The position numbers and the translations under genes are program-made. Below, piece by piece: positions 14,255 to 25,205 of a stretch of 64,000 nucleotides of DNA; within the stretch, counting starts at the first letter, position 1; every line of letters starts with the position of its first letter. The notes beneath the pieces were generated by a model that made no database searches, was not told where the DNA came from, and saw only the letters and a program-made list of their open reading frames with translations. This DNA comes from Xylographa opegraphella (taxonomy: Eukaryota). The DNA lies in the NCBI GenBank assembly GCA_022813865.1, contig JALDZX010000050.1, positions 62,001 to 126,000 on the forward strand, written 5' to 3'.

Positions 14255-17236
14255 ATGGTTCAAACACCAATGATATCTTGTCCCCTCAAGCAGACCAGTG
14301 AGGTTGACTGGATCCAACCGCTTAAGGGTCACATAAGGAGTGTATATGGTGAAGATCCGGAGCGTTATAACGAGGAATGTGCCACATTAAATCGACTACG
14401 ACAGGACATGAGAGGTGCAGGTAAGGACAGTGCGGCTGGTCGGGATCTTTTATATAGATATTACGGGCAACTGGAATTATTGGATTTACGATTTCCCGTG
14501 GATGAGAACCATATCAAGATATCCTTTACTTGGTATGTCTGAACTTTTATGCAATGCAATAGCCTTAGTGGAAATTAACAGAAGTGGTTCACAGGTTTGA
14601 CGCTTTCACCCACAAGCCCACTTCTCAATACTCGCTGGCTTATGAGAAGGCATCGATCATCTTCAACATTTCGGCCGTTCTCGCCTGTCATGCAGCCATA
14701 CAAAATCGTGCGGACGTCAAAGGGGTGAAGATTGCATACCACTCGTTTCAGGCATCCGCCGGTATGTTCACCTACATCAATGAAAACTTCCTACACGCTC
14801 CTTCTATAGATCTGAGCCGTGAGACTGTCAAAACCCTGATCTCCATCATGTTAGCGCAAGCACAAGAAGTGTTAGTAGAGAAACAGATCGAGGAGGGCAA
14901 GCCCGCGATCATGGTGGCGAAACTAGCCAGCCAAGCGGCCTTCCTGTACTCGCAGGCTGTGGAAGGTATCACAGCAACTAATGTCTCGGAAGTGGTGTTT
15001 GAGAGAGTATGGATGTTAGTCACGCAGTACAAATCAAGTCAGCTGGCATCGTTATCTCAATACTATCAGGCAGTTTCGGATGCCGAAGCGAACTCCCATG
15101 GTTCGGCTATTGCACGTTTAATGAAAGCTGAGGCATTGGCGAGAGATGCGAGTCGTGTTGCATCTTCGATCCCGTCCTCGATCGCTCCGACCTCAAATTT
15201 ACCTTCAGACACAGCATCGGTCCTCACTGACCAAGTAAAGAGACATATCTCCAGTACCCAGGAAAAGCTTGCTTCTTTCATCAAGGACAACGATTTTATC
15301 TACCACCAGAGCATACCCAACGAAGCCGCACTAAGCATGGTTCCCAAGATGGCAGCTGCCAAGGCAATACCAGTTACCGAATTGTACGGGGGCCAAGATA
15401 TTCATCGTATCATCGGGCAGGACATATTTCAGAGAATTGTCCCGATAGCTGTCACAGAATCTGCCAGTCTTTACGATGAAGAGAAGGCAAAATTGATTCG
15501 GGCCGAAGCTGAAAAGGTCGAAACAGCTAACGATGAGATGGCCGCCAGCCTTGACTATCTGAAGCTTCCCGGCAGCCTAAATGTGCTCAAGGGCGGCTTG
15601 GATCAAGAAACTACTGTCGATGAGAGCTTTCGAGGGTGGTGCGAGGAGCTTGCCGGGCATGAGTCATTTGGACGAGCTTTCGAGCAGTTGCAATCGGACA
15701 AGAATGCCATCTCCGCAATGTTAGACTCCTGCAGCAGGCATCTCGACACCGAGGAAGCCTCTTGCGAAAAGATGAGAGTCAATTACGGCTCAGACTGGAC
15801 TCAACAACCAAGTTCGAGGCTCAATTCTACCTTAAGAAGTGATATTCGCAATTACCGGGGGGCTATGGAGGAAGCCAACAGTAGCGATCTTCAGTTGTTA
15901 GCAACATCACGGCAGTACGAGTCGGATTTTGACGAGATGCGGTCAGCCGGAGAAACCGATGAGGCGGATGTACTCTACCAGAGAGCTATGATCAAAGCTG
16001 GTGGTAGTCGTGGAAAGGGGAAGAGTGTCGCGTCTCCTGGCGGAGAAGGAAATCTCCTGGATGAAGACTATGGAGAAGGCGGCACGAGTATCATGGACCA
16101 GATTGCGAGGATAGAGGACTTGCTGAAAAAGCTGAATCTGATCAAACGAGACCGTATGGAAGTCTTGAAAGATCTGAAAGAGAAGGTGTGTCTAACCCCA
16201 CTGCAAATCTTTTCTTTACTAAGCCCGTTAGGTTCATAACGATGACATCTCGAACGTTCTGATACTGAACAAGAAATCGATTGCCAACCACGAGAGTAAG
16301 CTTTTCGAGGTAGAACTCGAGAAATTTAGATCTTATCAGAACCGCCTTCTTCAAACGATCCACAAGCAGCATGCTTTACTGAAAGAGCTTACCAAAGCAT
16401 ACGGAGACCTGCTGCAAGATAAACGCGTACGATCAGAGCAGGCTAAATATGAAAGCTTCACTCGTCAAAGAAGTGCGGTACTTTCTCGATACAAGAAAGT
16501 CTACCAATCATTTAACGACCTCATCGCTGGTCTTCTGCGAGCACAGAGCTTTTACTCGGAATTGAAGGATACAGTAGAGTCACTCAAGAAAAATGTTGAG
16601 ACGTTCGTCAACAACCGCAAGGACGAAGGCTCACAATTACTCGATACTCTAGTCGTGCGGGCAAAACCCGGTGGTGCGGACGGACAAGCTGACCGCGAGC
16701 GAGATCGTCTCCAGCAGCTGATGGATCGCATGACGATCAGTCCTGCCCCACCTCATCGCTCCAAGTCCTCCGCCTCTCGCCCTCCAGCAATTTCTCATCC
16801 TTCCCAGAACGGCTCCATGTATTCTCTGAACGCTTCGATGTACGGTGGGCCACCGCCAACCTCTCCACCGTACAACATGGTCACCTCCGCTGGTCACTAC
16901 TCCTCCCAAGTCGCTCCATCCTCCACGCCTGGCTTTTCAGGCTATCCCCCCAACGGCGGCCATCAGAACCCGACACGGATGGCCCATCCTGCCGGCTACG
17001 ATCCAATGCAGTACCCATATCAGCCGAGATCTCCGCCCACGACCCAGATGTACCCGCCCAATCCACCTTATGGCTATCCGCAGCAGTTGCCTCCAGGGTT
17101 CGTCCCACCCCCACCGCCGCCAGGACCGCCGCCTGGTTCTCAGGGATACGGGCATGCACAGCCTTCAGGGAGACCGACTGGTGGTAGCCCTCCGGGGCAA
17201 GGTGATCCGTGGGCGGGGCTCAGTGCGTGGAGATGA
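14255..17236 (+). CDS. BRO1: ESCRT-associated vacuolar protein sorting protein Bro1 (BRO1 domain, V domain, Pro-rich tail); 3 exons
   Basis: 'RDLLYRYYGQLELLDLRFP', 'SLAYEKASIIFNI', 'KDNDFIYHQ', 'ESASLYDEEKAKLIR', and a Pro/Tyr-rich C-terminus ending DPWAGLSAWR. Confidence 0.92.
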
Positions 17237-19200
17237 AGAAGACGAGAGCTTGCATGAATCACGGGGCTGCATATCTGTCCGGCGTTGGGGAGCCATGTCT
17301 TTCTGGGAATCGTTTGGGCAGCACTTCAGGAGATGGTGAGTGGGGGAGGGGGGCGACGACGCTGGGAGTAAAGATCACTTGCATTGTTACTTAGATCAAC
17401 GACCGCAGAATGTCAAGATCTTGTTGTTTCGTTGTCACTTTCGCTCTTGCCGATCATGTGATTATCGATTGCGTTCCTGCCTCCCGTACTTGAGCCGCAC
17501 GCACAACCTCCACTCGAAGGCATACATTCCCATTCCGTCTCCCATGAGCAAATCATTCGCCCCCGGATCCTGTACCCCGGATCCCAACCGCGCCTGCATA
17601 TGCACCTCTGCATCCTCCTCGCTCCCTTGTCCCAGCACAGCACCCACTCGAGCCCGGCCCCCATCAGCCCCCCCCTACGCGATTTCCCACGCGCCCACAA
17701 GGACCTTCGTCCGATCGATCTCCCGGCCCCGTGTTTCGACCGGCATACACCCGCGTTGCTCTAAGGCTATCCCCGGTAGGACCATCGCGGAATGCGTGGG
17801 CGCTCGGACGCTACGCCCGTCCGATTACCGTACACGCGCACGCTGGCTTCGCTTCTTGCGATCATTCGTATCCTACCTACGCTCGAGGTAAGGTACGTAC
17901 CTGGTCGTAATGCTCGCGAGGCGAAAACATCGAAATGGCGCGCCAGTTGGGTGCGCGGAGGCTCCGGTGCGTAGTTCGTGGTACCTCGTCTCTGCGCTTC
18001 AGCACGCGCGGCGCTATTTCGAAGGTTGGGTTTTGTTTCGTTCCGCTTACAATGCTGGTCGCTTCGCTGGGGGGACCTTGGCGTCTTTCTCTTCGTACGC
18101 GCCGCCGCGGCGTGGTGGCTGGTTTTCCTGGTTCCCGCTCGTGGCGGGGTGGATGGGTGGGTGGGACGCGCGGGTTGGACGGGGGAGGGCCGTGCGGAGC
18201 GGCGCTTGCAGTTATCGCTTGTCGGAGTTGGGGAGGGGAGTGTGCGGTGGGCTTGGGGGATTGGAGAGTGGTGTGGGTTGTGTGGATGATGGGGAAGGGA
18301 GGGAGAGTGGGTGATGGGAGAGAGGGGCGGAGTGGGTTGGAGGTTGGGATGGCGATATGGAGAGGGGGTTTTGATGGCAGGGAGCGGATATGGAGGGAGA
18401 TGTCAGTTGAACAGTGCGTCGATTGCTCGAAATGGTTTATTGTGGCCAAATAAGCGTCTGACCTGCGGTAGCTCTGGAACAAGCCAGGCTTTGCTTTCGA
18501 ATTGACTCGAGCATCAATCCGGACGTTGGATGGGATACGCTCTAGTCCATTCGGGTTTTACGTAATCCACCATCCTTCACCGACATGATCTTATGTATCT
18601 TGTTATCTAATCGCTACTGCTGTCACTGATTACGCCGCATGAGTCTCATTCTTACCTGGTTCTTTCGCGTTGGTTACACACCATTCGTAATCTGGTTTGG
18701 TAAACGGCCCGCGCAGCTAACAGATCACGTCTACCGCTTCTTCACACTACCTCTATGACTTGAAGAATGGCTGAAGAGCGGGTCACCGCATAGTTCCGAT
18801 GTCGCTGGGTCTCACTGAATCATCTGTTTGTTTTCAGCGCCGTGGGTCTGACGTTGCGAAGGCTCAATCCTGCTTGCTTTGCTGATTATGTCTGCCCAAC
18901 CAAGACCGAGCGACTCTGCCTTTGGCCGCATACCACTCTGGTCAATAGCAATAGATGCCCAATTGAGGACTTCTTCTGTTCTGGTCATCTGATTTTGCTT
19001 TATTGGTGGCAAGTCTCTGATTTCGTTCCGAGGGTCCAATCATTGCCATTACCAATGCTCACTGTCTTCTTGCATCCTTCTTGCATATTTCGCCACGTCT
19101 GAACGACAGATATCACGGGCCGGGGTGCTTTATTGGCAGCTGGTCCGTTGAGGGTGGTGTGAGATATTGTTTTGTGGCGCTAGAGAATCCCGTCTGGAAG

Positions 19201-19301
19201 GCCTGCATATGGCACAGCCATTGAAGAGATCTTACGGATTAGGCAGCTAGAGAATTTCTGTCTGTGCAGCCTGCATATGGCACAGCCAATTCGAGATCTT
19301 A
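19201..19301. repeat. Short imperfect direct repeat (two ~33 bp copies with a 20 bp identical core)
   Basis: GCCTGCATATGGCACAGCCA at 19201 and 19269, each followed within a few bases by GAGATCTTA. Confidence 0.85.
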
Positions 19302-19991
19302 GCCCTTTTCGTTTCCGATCTGTCCATCGCATTATCTGCCTCGCCTGGCGATCATCACACAAGGGGCCGGACATATTCCAAGGACGCACTTGGCTGGCTA
19401 CAAGCACTATACTCGGAGCAAGGACACTGAAATCAAACATTCCTGTCGGCAGGCGCAGTGTGGCTGATACGGAAGACAATGCACAGCTAATGGAGATTAT
19501 TATAGTCTATGTCAAAATCTCAATATATCATTGCGTACTTCTTCCCGATCGGTCGTCGCTGCATGAGCTTTACACTACAGATGCCGCACCTTCTCTCGCC
19601 GCTACAGAAGCGTGATTGAGGCCTAAACGGGGAAACCTGGTCTATCGGATCCGGCAAGTTGGTTTGGGAGTGGCAGTCACATTTCATGGTGAGGTCAGTC
19701 AACAGATGATCCGATGCTCCACCACCAAGTACGAGGACTGACCAAGAATGATCTAACATCAGGCCACTGCGAAGTCATATTCGTGTACGAAATGATGACT
19801 GTGGATCATATCTGTGTTACATGGCGCGGTCGACTTGAGCTACCCTTCGGAATTTGAGACCAGAGATATATCTCATGCCTATAAGTACGCGTTCCCCTCG
19901 ACTTGAACTCTGAGTCCTCGTCTCGCTATCATATATCCTGAAGATCATTGCCTTTCCACCCGGCTTCCTAAAAGTCCCCGAAACCCCCGAC

Positions 19992-20522
19992 ATGCAGTTC
20001 TCCACTACAATCGTCCTTGCAGCCCTGGCTGCAGCCGCGCGTGCATGTTCGCAATGCCCCCACCCCGGCAATTTCACGGGTTTTGGTAACCATCACTTTC
20101 CAATCCATTCCACACTCCTATCACTCTTACACAACCGCAGTCTCGAAGTTCGCGCCGAACCCGAACTACTGTGGCACTGGTGTTAGCGACGTCTCCTATT
20201 CCATCAGCGTCCCGGCGACGTACTACGATCCTCCCGAGTAAGCACCCCCCCGCTCCAGCATCTCGGGGCATTCTGATCTGACAATCCCGCTTCTCAGTGA
20301 GTCGCCATGCGATGCGCCCGTCAACGTCACGAACATCTGTACGTCCACTCGTCCCCAGTAATGCAGATACACCAGACTGACCACCGGACAGGCACGGGAA
20401 AGATGATCACTGCGATGGTGGTCGGCAAGTGCACGACCTGCGCCGCCAACGACATCCAGCTCACCGGCGCCGCGATCTCGGCCTTGGGCAACCCGAAGAT
20501 CGTGGAGTGGACCTTCGACTAG
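19992..20522 (+). CDS. Small secreted Cys-rich RlpA-like double-psi beta-barrel (expansin/loosenin-related) protein; 4 exons (19992-20085, 20141-20237, 20298-20338, 20392-20522)
   Basis: Signal-peptide-like MQFSTTIVLAALAAAARA. Spliced sequence includes 'NYCG', 'SPCDAPVNVTNICTGKMITAMVVGKCTTCAANDIQLTGAAISALGNPKIVEWTFD', which fits the fungal DPBB pattern. Three canonical introns keep the frame. Confidence 0.75.
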
Positions 20523-21322
20523 CAAGTTCTTTTGAGGCTTGGATCAAGACTTCGAATGGTCCAGCGTCGGGGTATACTGAGCGGCTCTCCAACCGTTGGA
20601 AACACAATCGGCGAGGAAATGGGGCAATCTAGTAGGACTTTCATCGCTAGGTACTCAATCCACATACTTCGGACCATCGCTCATCTGTCCCACCGCGCGT
20701 GAACACTCGAGATGATCACAGTGCCAGTCTCCCAGTATCACCGAAGTTGTTATCAAACCGCACCGCTAATGTTCCGGTCCACGAAGTCTTATTTGCTCAA
20801 AGCCTTTGCTGTCCTTAACACCCTACACGCTCAAGGCTCCGGGACGACAGGGTAGTCCCTAGCACCGTCTCCACGACCAACTCGAAACCCTCGTCCTCGA
20901 TGCCCTCCAGCTTCCCTTCCACCACCCCCTCTCCCTCTCGTGAAAGGGCAGTCCACCCTAAGCCGCGGCTGAAACTCTTACACAAGTCTTCGCTCTCCTT
21001 CCGCCCCCTCCACTCCATATCCCTCCCGTAACCGGTGTGCGAGGCTCCCCATCCCCATCATCGCGAGCAAGCCACCCCGGCATCTATACCCTATACCTAT
21101 ATAGCTAAACACCATCACCTATTTGCCCTCCCCTCGTACGCTCCCCCATCAGCTACCATAACGCCTCAATGTCTCCGTCGAGGATAAGCACGTCCCTCTC
21201 CGCCCTTCACCATCGCCCGCCCCTTTGAACCCCCATCGTCCGTTCCTCTTCCCAGCGCGGCACCTTACCACCCACCAGTCTGCATCCGGGAGACGCGCAG
21301 GGTATGGTGCCGGGTGAAGCAT

Positions 21323-21380
21323 AGACCAAGACCAAGACCAAGACCACAACCCACAAACACAAACCACACAAACAACCACT
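21323..21380. repeat. Microsatellite-like (GACCAA)n grading into an A/C-rich tract
   Basis: agaccaagaccaagaccaagaccacaacccacaaacacaaaccacacaaacaaccac read directly. Confidence 0.7.
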
Positions 21381-22071
21381 TCGCCACTCGTAAGCGGGCC
21401 GTGGAACCACAACCAACAGAAAGAAAACCAGGCGGCGGGGGCGGTGAAGGGGACGTGGGAGTACGAGAATCAGAAGACGAGGTTGTGATACGCGGGCGTG
21501 GGATGTGTGAATGGGGGTGGGGATGCCTAGATGATAATGAGGGTCAGGGTGGGAATCGAGATGAGGATGCCGGGGCAGGAACTGGAAAATGTGGGATGTT
21601 GTGTGGGATTGGAGCGGAGAGCTGGGGTACGTGTGAGGACGAGGAGGGTGGGAGGGGGGTGTGAGTGTTGCGGGAGGAGCCGACAGGCAAAGGGCTCAGG
21701 AGCAGAGGGGAGAGTGAAGGGTCTGGTGGGATGGAACTCGAACGTGAGTTTCACTGATGGGATGCGCTCGCTGACGGAGGAAGGCATGGTAGGGGGAGTG
21801 AGTCCCCTTCCAGCAGTAGTCTATTCTCAACACATGTGAGCGAACGCAACGCGCATCAGGTAAAGAAACGGTCTCTATTGCTATGATCTGACGGTCGTGC
21901 GTCTACAAAGGAAAATGCAGGTCGTGCGTGAGACCACGAATCGCGGCCGCAGATACGGAATACGCTGAGAAACAGCCACATATACCCACCGTCGGCGCCA
22001 CACGTGTAACAGACGAAACAGTTGTGCTCCTCGTTCAAGAACACCATCCTCTACCCTTCATGGTCGAGATA

Positions 22072-23634
22072 TTACACAGGATAACCCTTGCTGCTCTTCG
22101 GCCGCCGCTCCGAATACCCTTTGATCAAGTGGCTTATATCACCAACGGGGATCTGGATCGGGAAGTCGACGGACTGCAGCAGTTGGCTGAACAAGACCCA
22201 CCACGCGGCGAGGTCGGCGACGAAGTATATGGCGCCGGCGACGACGAGCAGGTTCGAACCTGACGCGGTGTTACCTGCGGCGTTGCTCCAGTACGAGCCG
22301 GCCTCGACGAGAAATCCGATCGTCAGTCCACTTGGCGTGGTTAGTCAATGGTTGGTAGACAGTGGATGCGGGATACTTACAGAAAGGTAATCACGAACAT
22401 GATATTGGTCCTTAGAGAGCAGATGAGGTAGATGAATGATAAGAGACCCATGAATAGCAGGAAAAAAGCCCAAGTAGACTCGTAAGGGCCCGCTGAGGTA
22501 GTGCCATACTAGAGTTCATACATGAGTCACAGATATGCGACCTGTGGAAAGTTGACTTACCGGAACCGTCGCACCATAGAATGATGTACTGGGTAGTATT
22601 AGCAATTTAGGACCATGCTTGAGAGGAAGAGGTAGAAACTCACAATGTAACACCATACGCGAACCAGTAGCCACCGTACGAAGCGAAAACCACGCTGGAG
22701 AACGTATTACCTGAATTTCGTAAGCCGTTACTCGGTATCACAGCCAGACGAGCATACCCAGAACAAATTCCAAGACCCCACCGAGGAGCATCAACAGACC
22801 ACCCATAAAGTAGTAAACTCCAACTGTAGCAGCGCCTGAAGCTTCTGCGCCGCGCCATCCCTGGATCAAGTCAGTCGTGAGACTCTTTCGACCTCCGTAG
22901 TTAACCTACCATGTATGCACACGAAAGAGGTGTCAGAGTAAGAACATAACCAATCAATGCTATCGGCGTAGGATTGGCAAAAGTTTTTCTAAGGTCTCCG
23001 AAAACGGCAGTTTGTGGGTTCAAATAGAGCTTCTCGAACAACTGATGACAGTCAATTCAAAGCCCTCAATGGCGCATGAATAACTTACCTCGGGAGATAT
23101 GCTGACCGATTGCGCGGTTTTAATCTTTTGAAGTGCGGCCTCTTCCGACATGTCTTCGTTGAGAAAAGTATTTCCAGTCTGGTGAAATGAGTCTGGAGAT
23201 GACGATCTTATCGGTGGGTTATCATAAGCAGCATGAGCTTCGCAAGTAGGACAAGAGTGGTCGTGTGTGTCTTCAGAGGAAACTTTATTTGGAGAAATGA
23301 AGCTGTGCCTGTGATGAACCGTACTATCCAGTGGACGTGTGCTTTCAGTACCGGGATCGTGCCGCGAAAGGAAACTGGGATTATGCAGATGGTTGTGATG
23401 CCGTGTCTGCTCGGTCGATGCAGCGCGTCGAGACGGGTAGTTGGAATCGAGAGGTCCACTGTGATGATGCATACCGTCGGCTGCCATACTCTGTCGTGGC
23501 AGGTAGGTGGAGGTAGGAGGTGCTGTCATGTTGCGCGTGCCTTCGGAAGCGAAGTTGAGTCGCGGAAGGTAGTTGTATTGATAGTTGCCATTATGACTTG
23601 AAAACCGAGCGAAATCCTTCTCCAAGTCCGCCAT
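22072..23634 (-). CDS. GPR1/FUN34/YaaH family (AlcS-like) acetate/ammonia transporter-type membrane protein; multi-exon
   Basis: 'EEAALQKIKTAQSVSISPE' spliced to 'LFEKLYLNPQ...GDLRKTFANPTPIAL', 'GNTFSSVVFASYGGYWF', and C-terminal 'LQSVDFPIQIPVGDISHLIKG' with stop at 22072-22074. Confidence 0.85.
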
Positions 23635-25205
23635 TATAGAGAGCTTTGGCGACGTGCGTCCGAACTCTGCATGAACCGCTCTGTACCACAGGGTGCGTGG
23701 AGTCGGTTACGATCTTGATATCAAGAGTCACCAATTCGAGAAGAAGAGGATGGGGGAGTTCGAAATAGGCCGTTCCGGAGATATATGAACAAAACAGCTT
23801 GCGCATAAGCCTCCAGACACTGAAGTATCTTGTGACGCCATTGGTAACGGCAAAAGACGCCATATCCGCTCATGCGCTCAATACAGCAGTTGTGGAAAGC
23901 TGGAAAACAATGAATGGAGAATTTACAGCTTAGATGTTGCTGCTAAGCGTCATGCACTTGCGGGCGCCTAGCTGAGCTATCATGGAAGGAATTAAAATCG
24001 GTACACAGAACCCTAGTGTCAAGGCCAGCCAGTCAAACAAGTGTTCCACAGCCGCAAGAAGGAGAGATACATAGGCGAAAGGTTGAACTACCAAAGCTGT
24101 TTTGCAGGAAGCTTCACCATCATAGCTAAGATATGACAGTATTGTGATCAACACCGTATGAAAGGTCATGTTACTTGACGTACAAGAGGAACCGCCCGCC
24201 ATTACACAAGAGATGCTACCATCCCACAAAGTTCGACTGGATCGAAGGTACGCAAGAGTTGTGGCGTGACGATCACCAGCTTCCCCTCAGCCTGCTCCCA
24301 CAGTGGCAAACCCAAACGAGCTCATATCACGTCCAGGCTCCAATACTGGGCCGTCAGTCTCTCCAGGCCAGGCTTTGACACCTGTTTCATCCGACCAAAA
24401 TGCTGCGGCCTCGTTTCATAGCTGTCCGTCGTGATGAAGCAGACAAGAGCAGGGATTCTGGGACTGAATCTCGCGTGTCGTCGGGTGCGCATAATATGCG
24501 GAACCAGCCACCGACTCACCGTAGCGGCGTTGGTACATCAAAAAGCCGTTGCCAATCATTCAGGCCATTACCCCGAAGTCAAAGAGTATGTTCCAGTCAT
24601 ATTCTTGAAACGCGGCAGCGTTTGCTCGAGAAGGACTGCAATGGTGTGAGGGATGAGAGTGGGCAGAATGAGGAGGACGCGAGGAGGCGAGGTCAAATCA
24701 AAGCTGACGGATCAGTTGATCCGCTCCGACGCTAGGCCCAATCGCCCTGTAAAACTAACTGACAAGCGACCGCCAGAGTAACCAGAGCTGGCCTCGGCCT
24801 CAGCCAGCGGGAGCTCGCAGTCGAGGGGCCACGGCCTATTCATGGTGCCTGATGTGTCTTACACGTGCCTGACAACAGGCGATGAATATGTTACACGTGA
24901 AGTAGATGACAAGATACTCGGCGTAGAGGTAGCAACCCATGGAGCAACAACAGCGAGCTTGAATTGCCTGCCATATGGGCCTGGCATCTCTATCACATTC
25001 CTGCCGTTCACATAAACACGTATACACACGAGGCTGCAGTGCAATCTGGTTGTAATACGCAGATGAGATCCCGTCGGTCTGTGGCGTGTCCTACAGACGT
25101 CGATATTCTGCATGTCCAAAGCCGTCTCGTCCTGATGATCACTTGGCAGCAACTTTCCAGGTCGCAAGACTCAAGATCGCACAGGTTGGTGGTGTGATGT
25201 ATACA

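Noticed and set aside
17894..17904. TACGTACCTGG resembling the U1 snRNA 5' end
   Set aside because: There is a mismatch in the invariant ACTTACCTG, and I recognise no U1 stem-loops or Sm site downstream.
17340..18505. Cluster of overlapping 60-200 aa ORFs on both strands
   Set aside because: They reflect stop-codon scarcity in GC-rich skewed DNA. Several lack ATG starts and none resembles a known protein.
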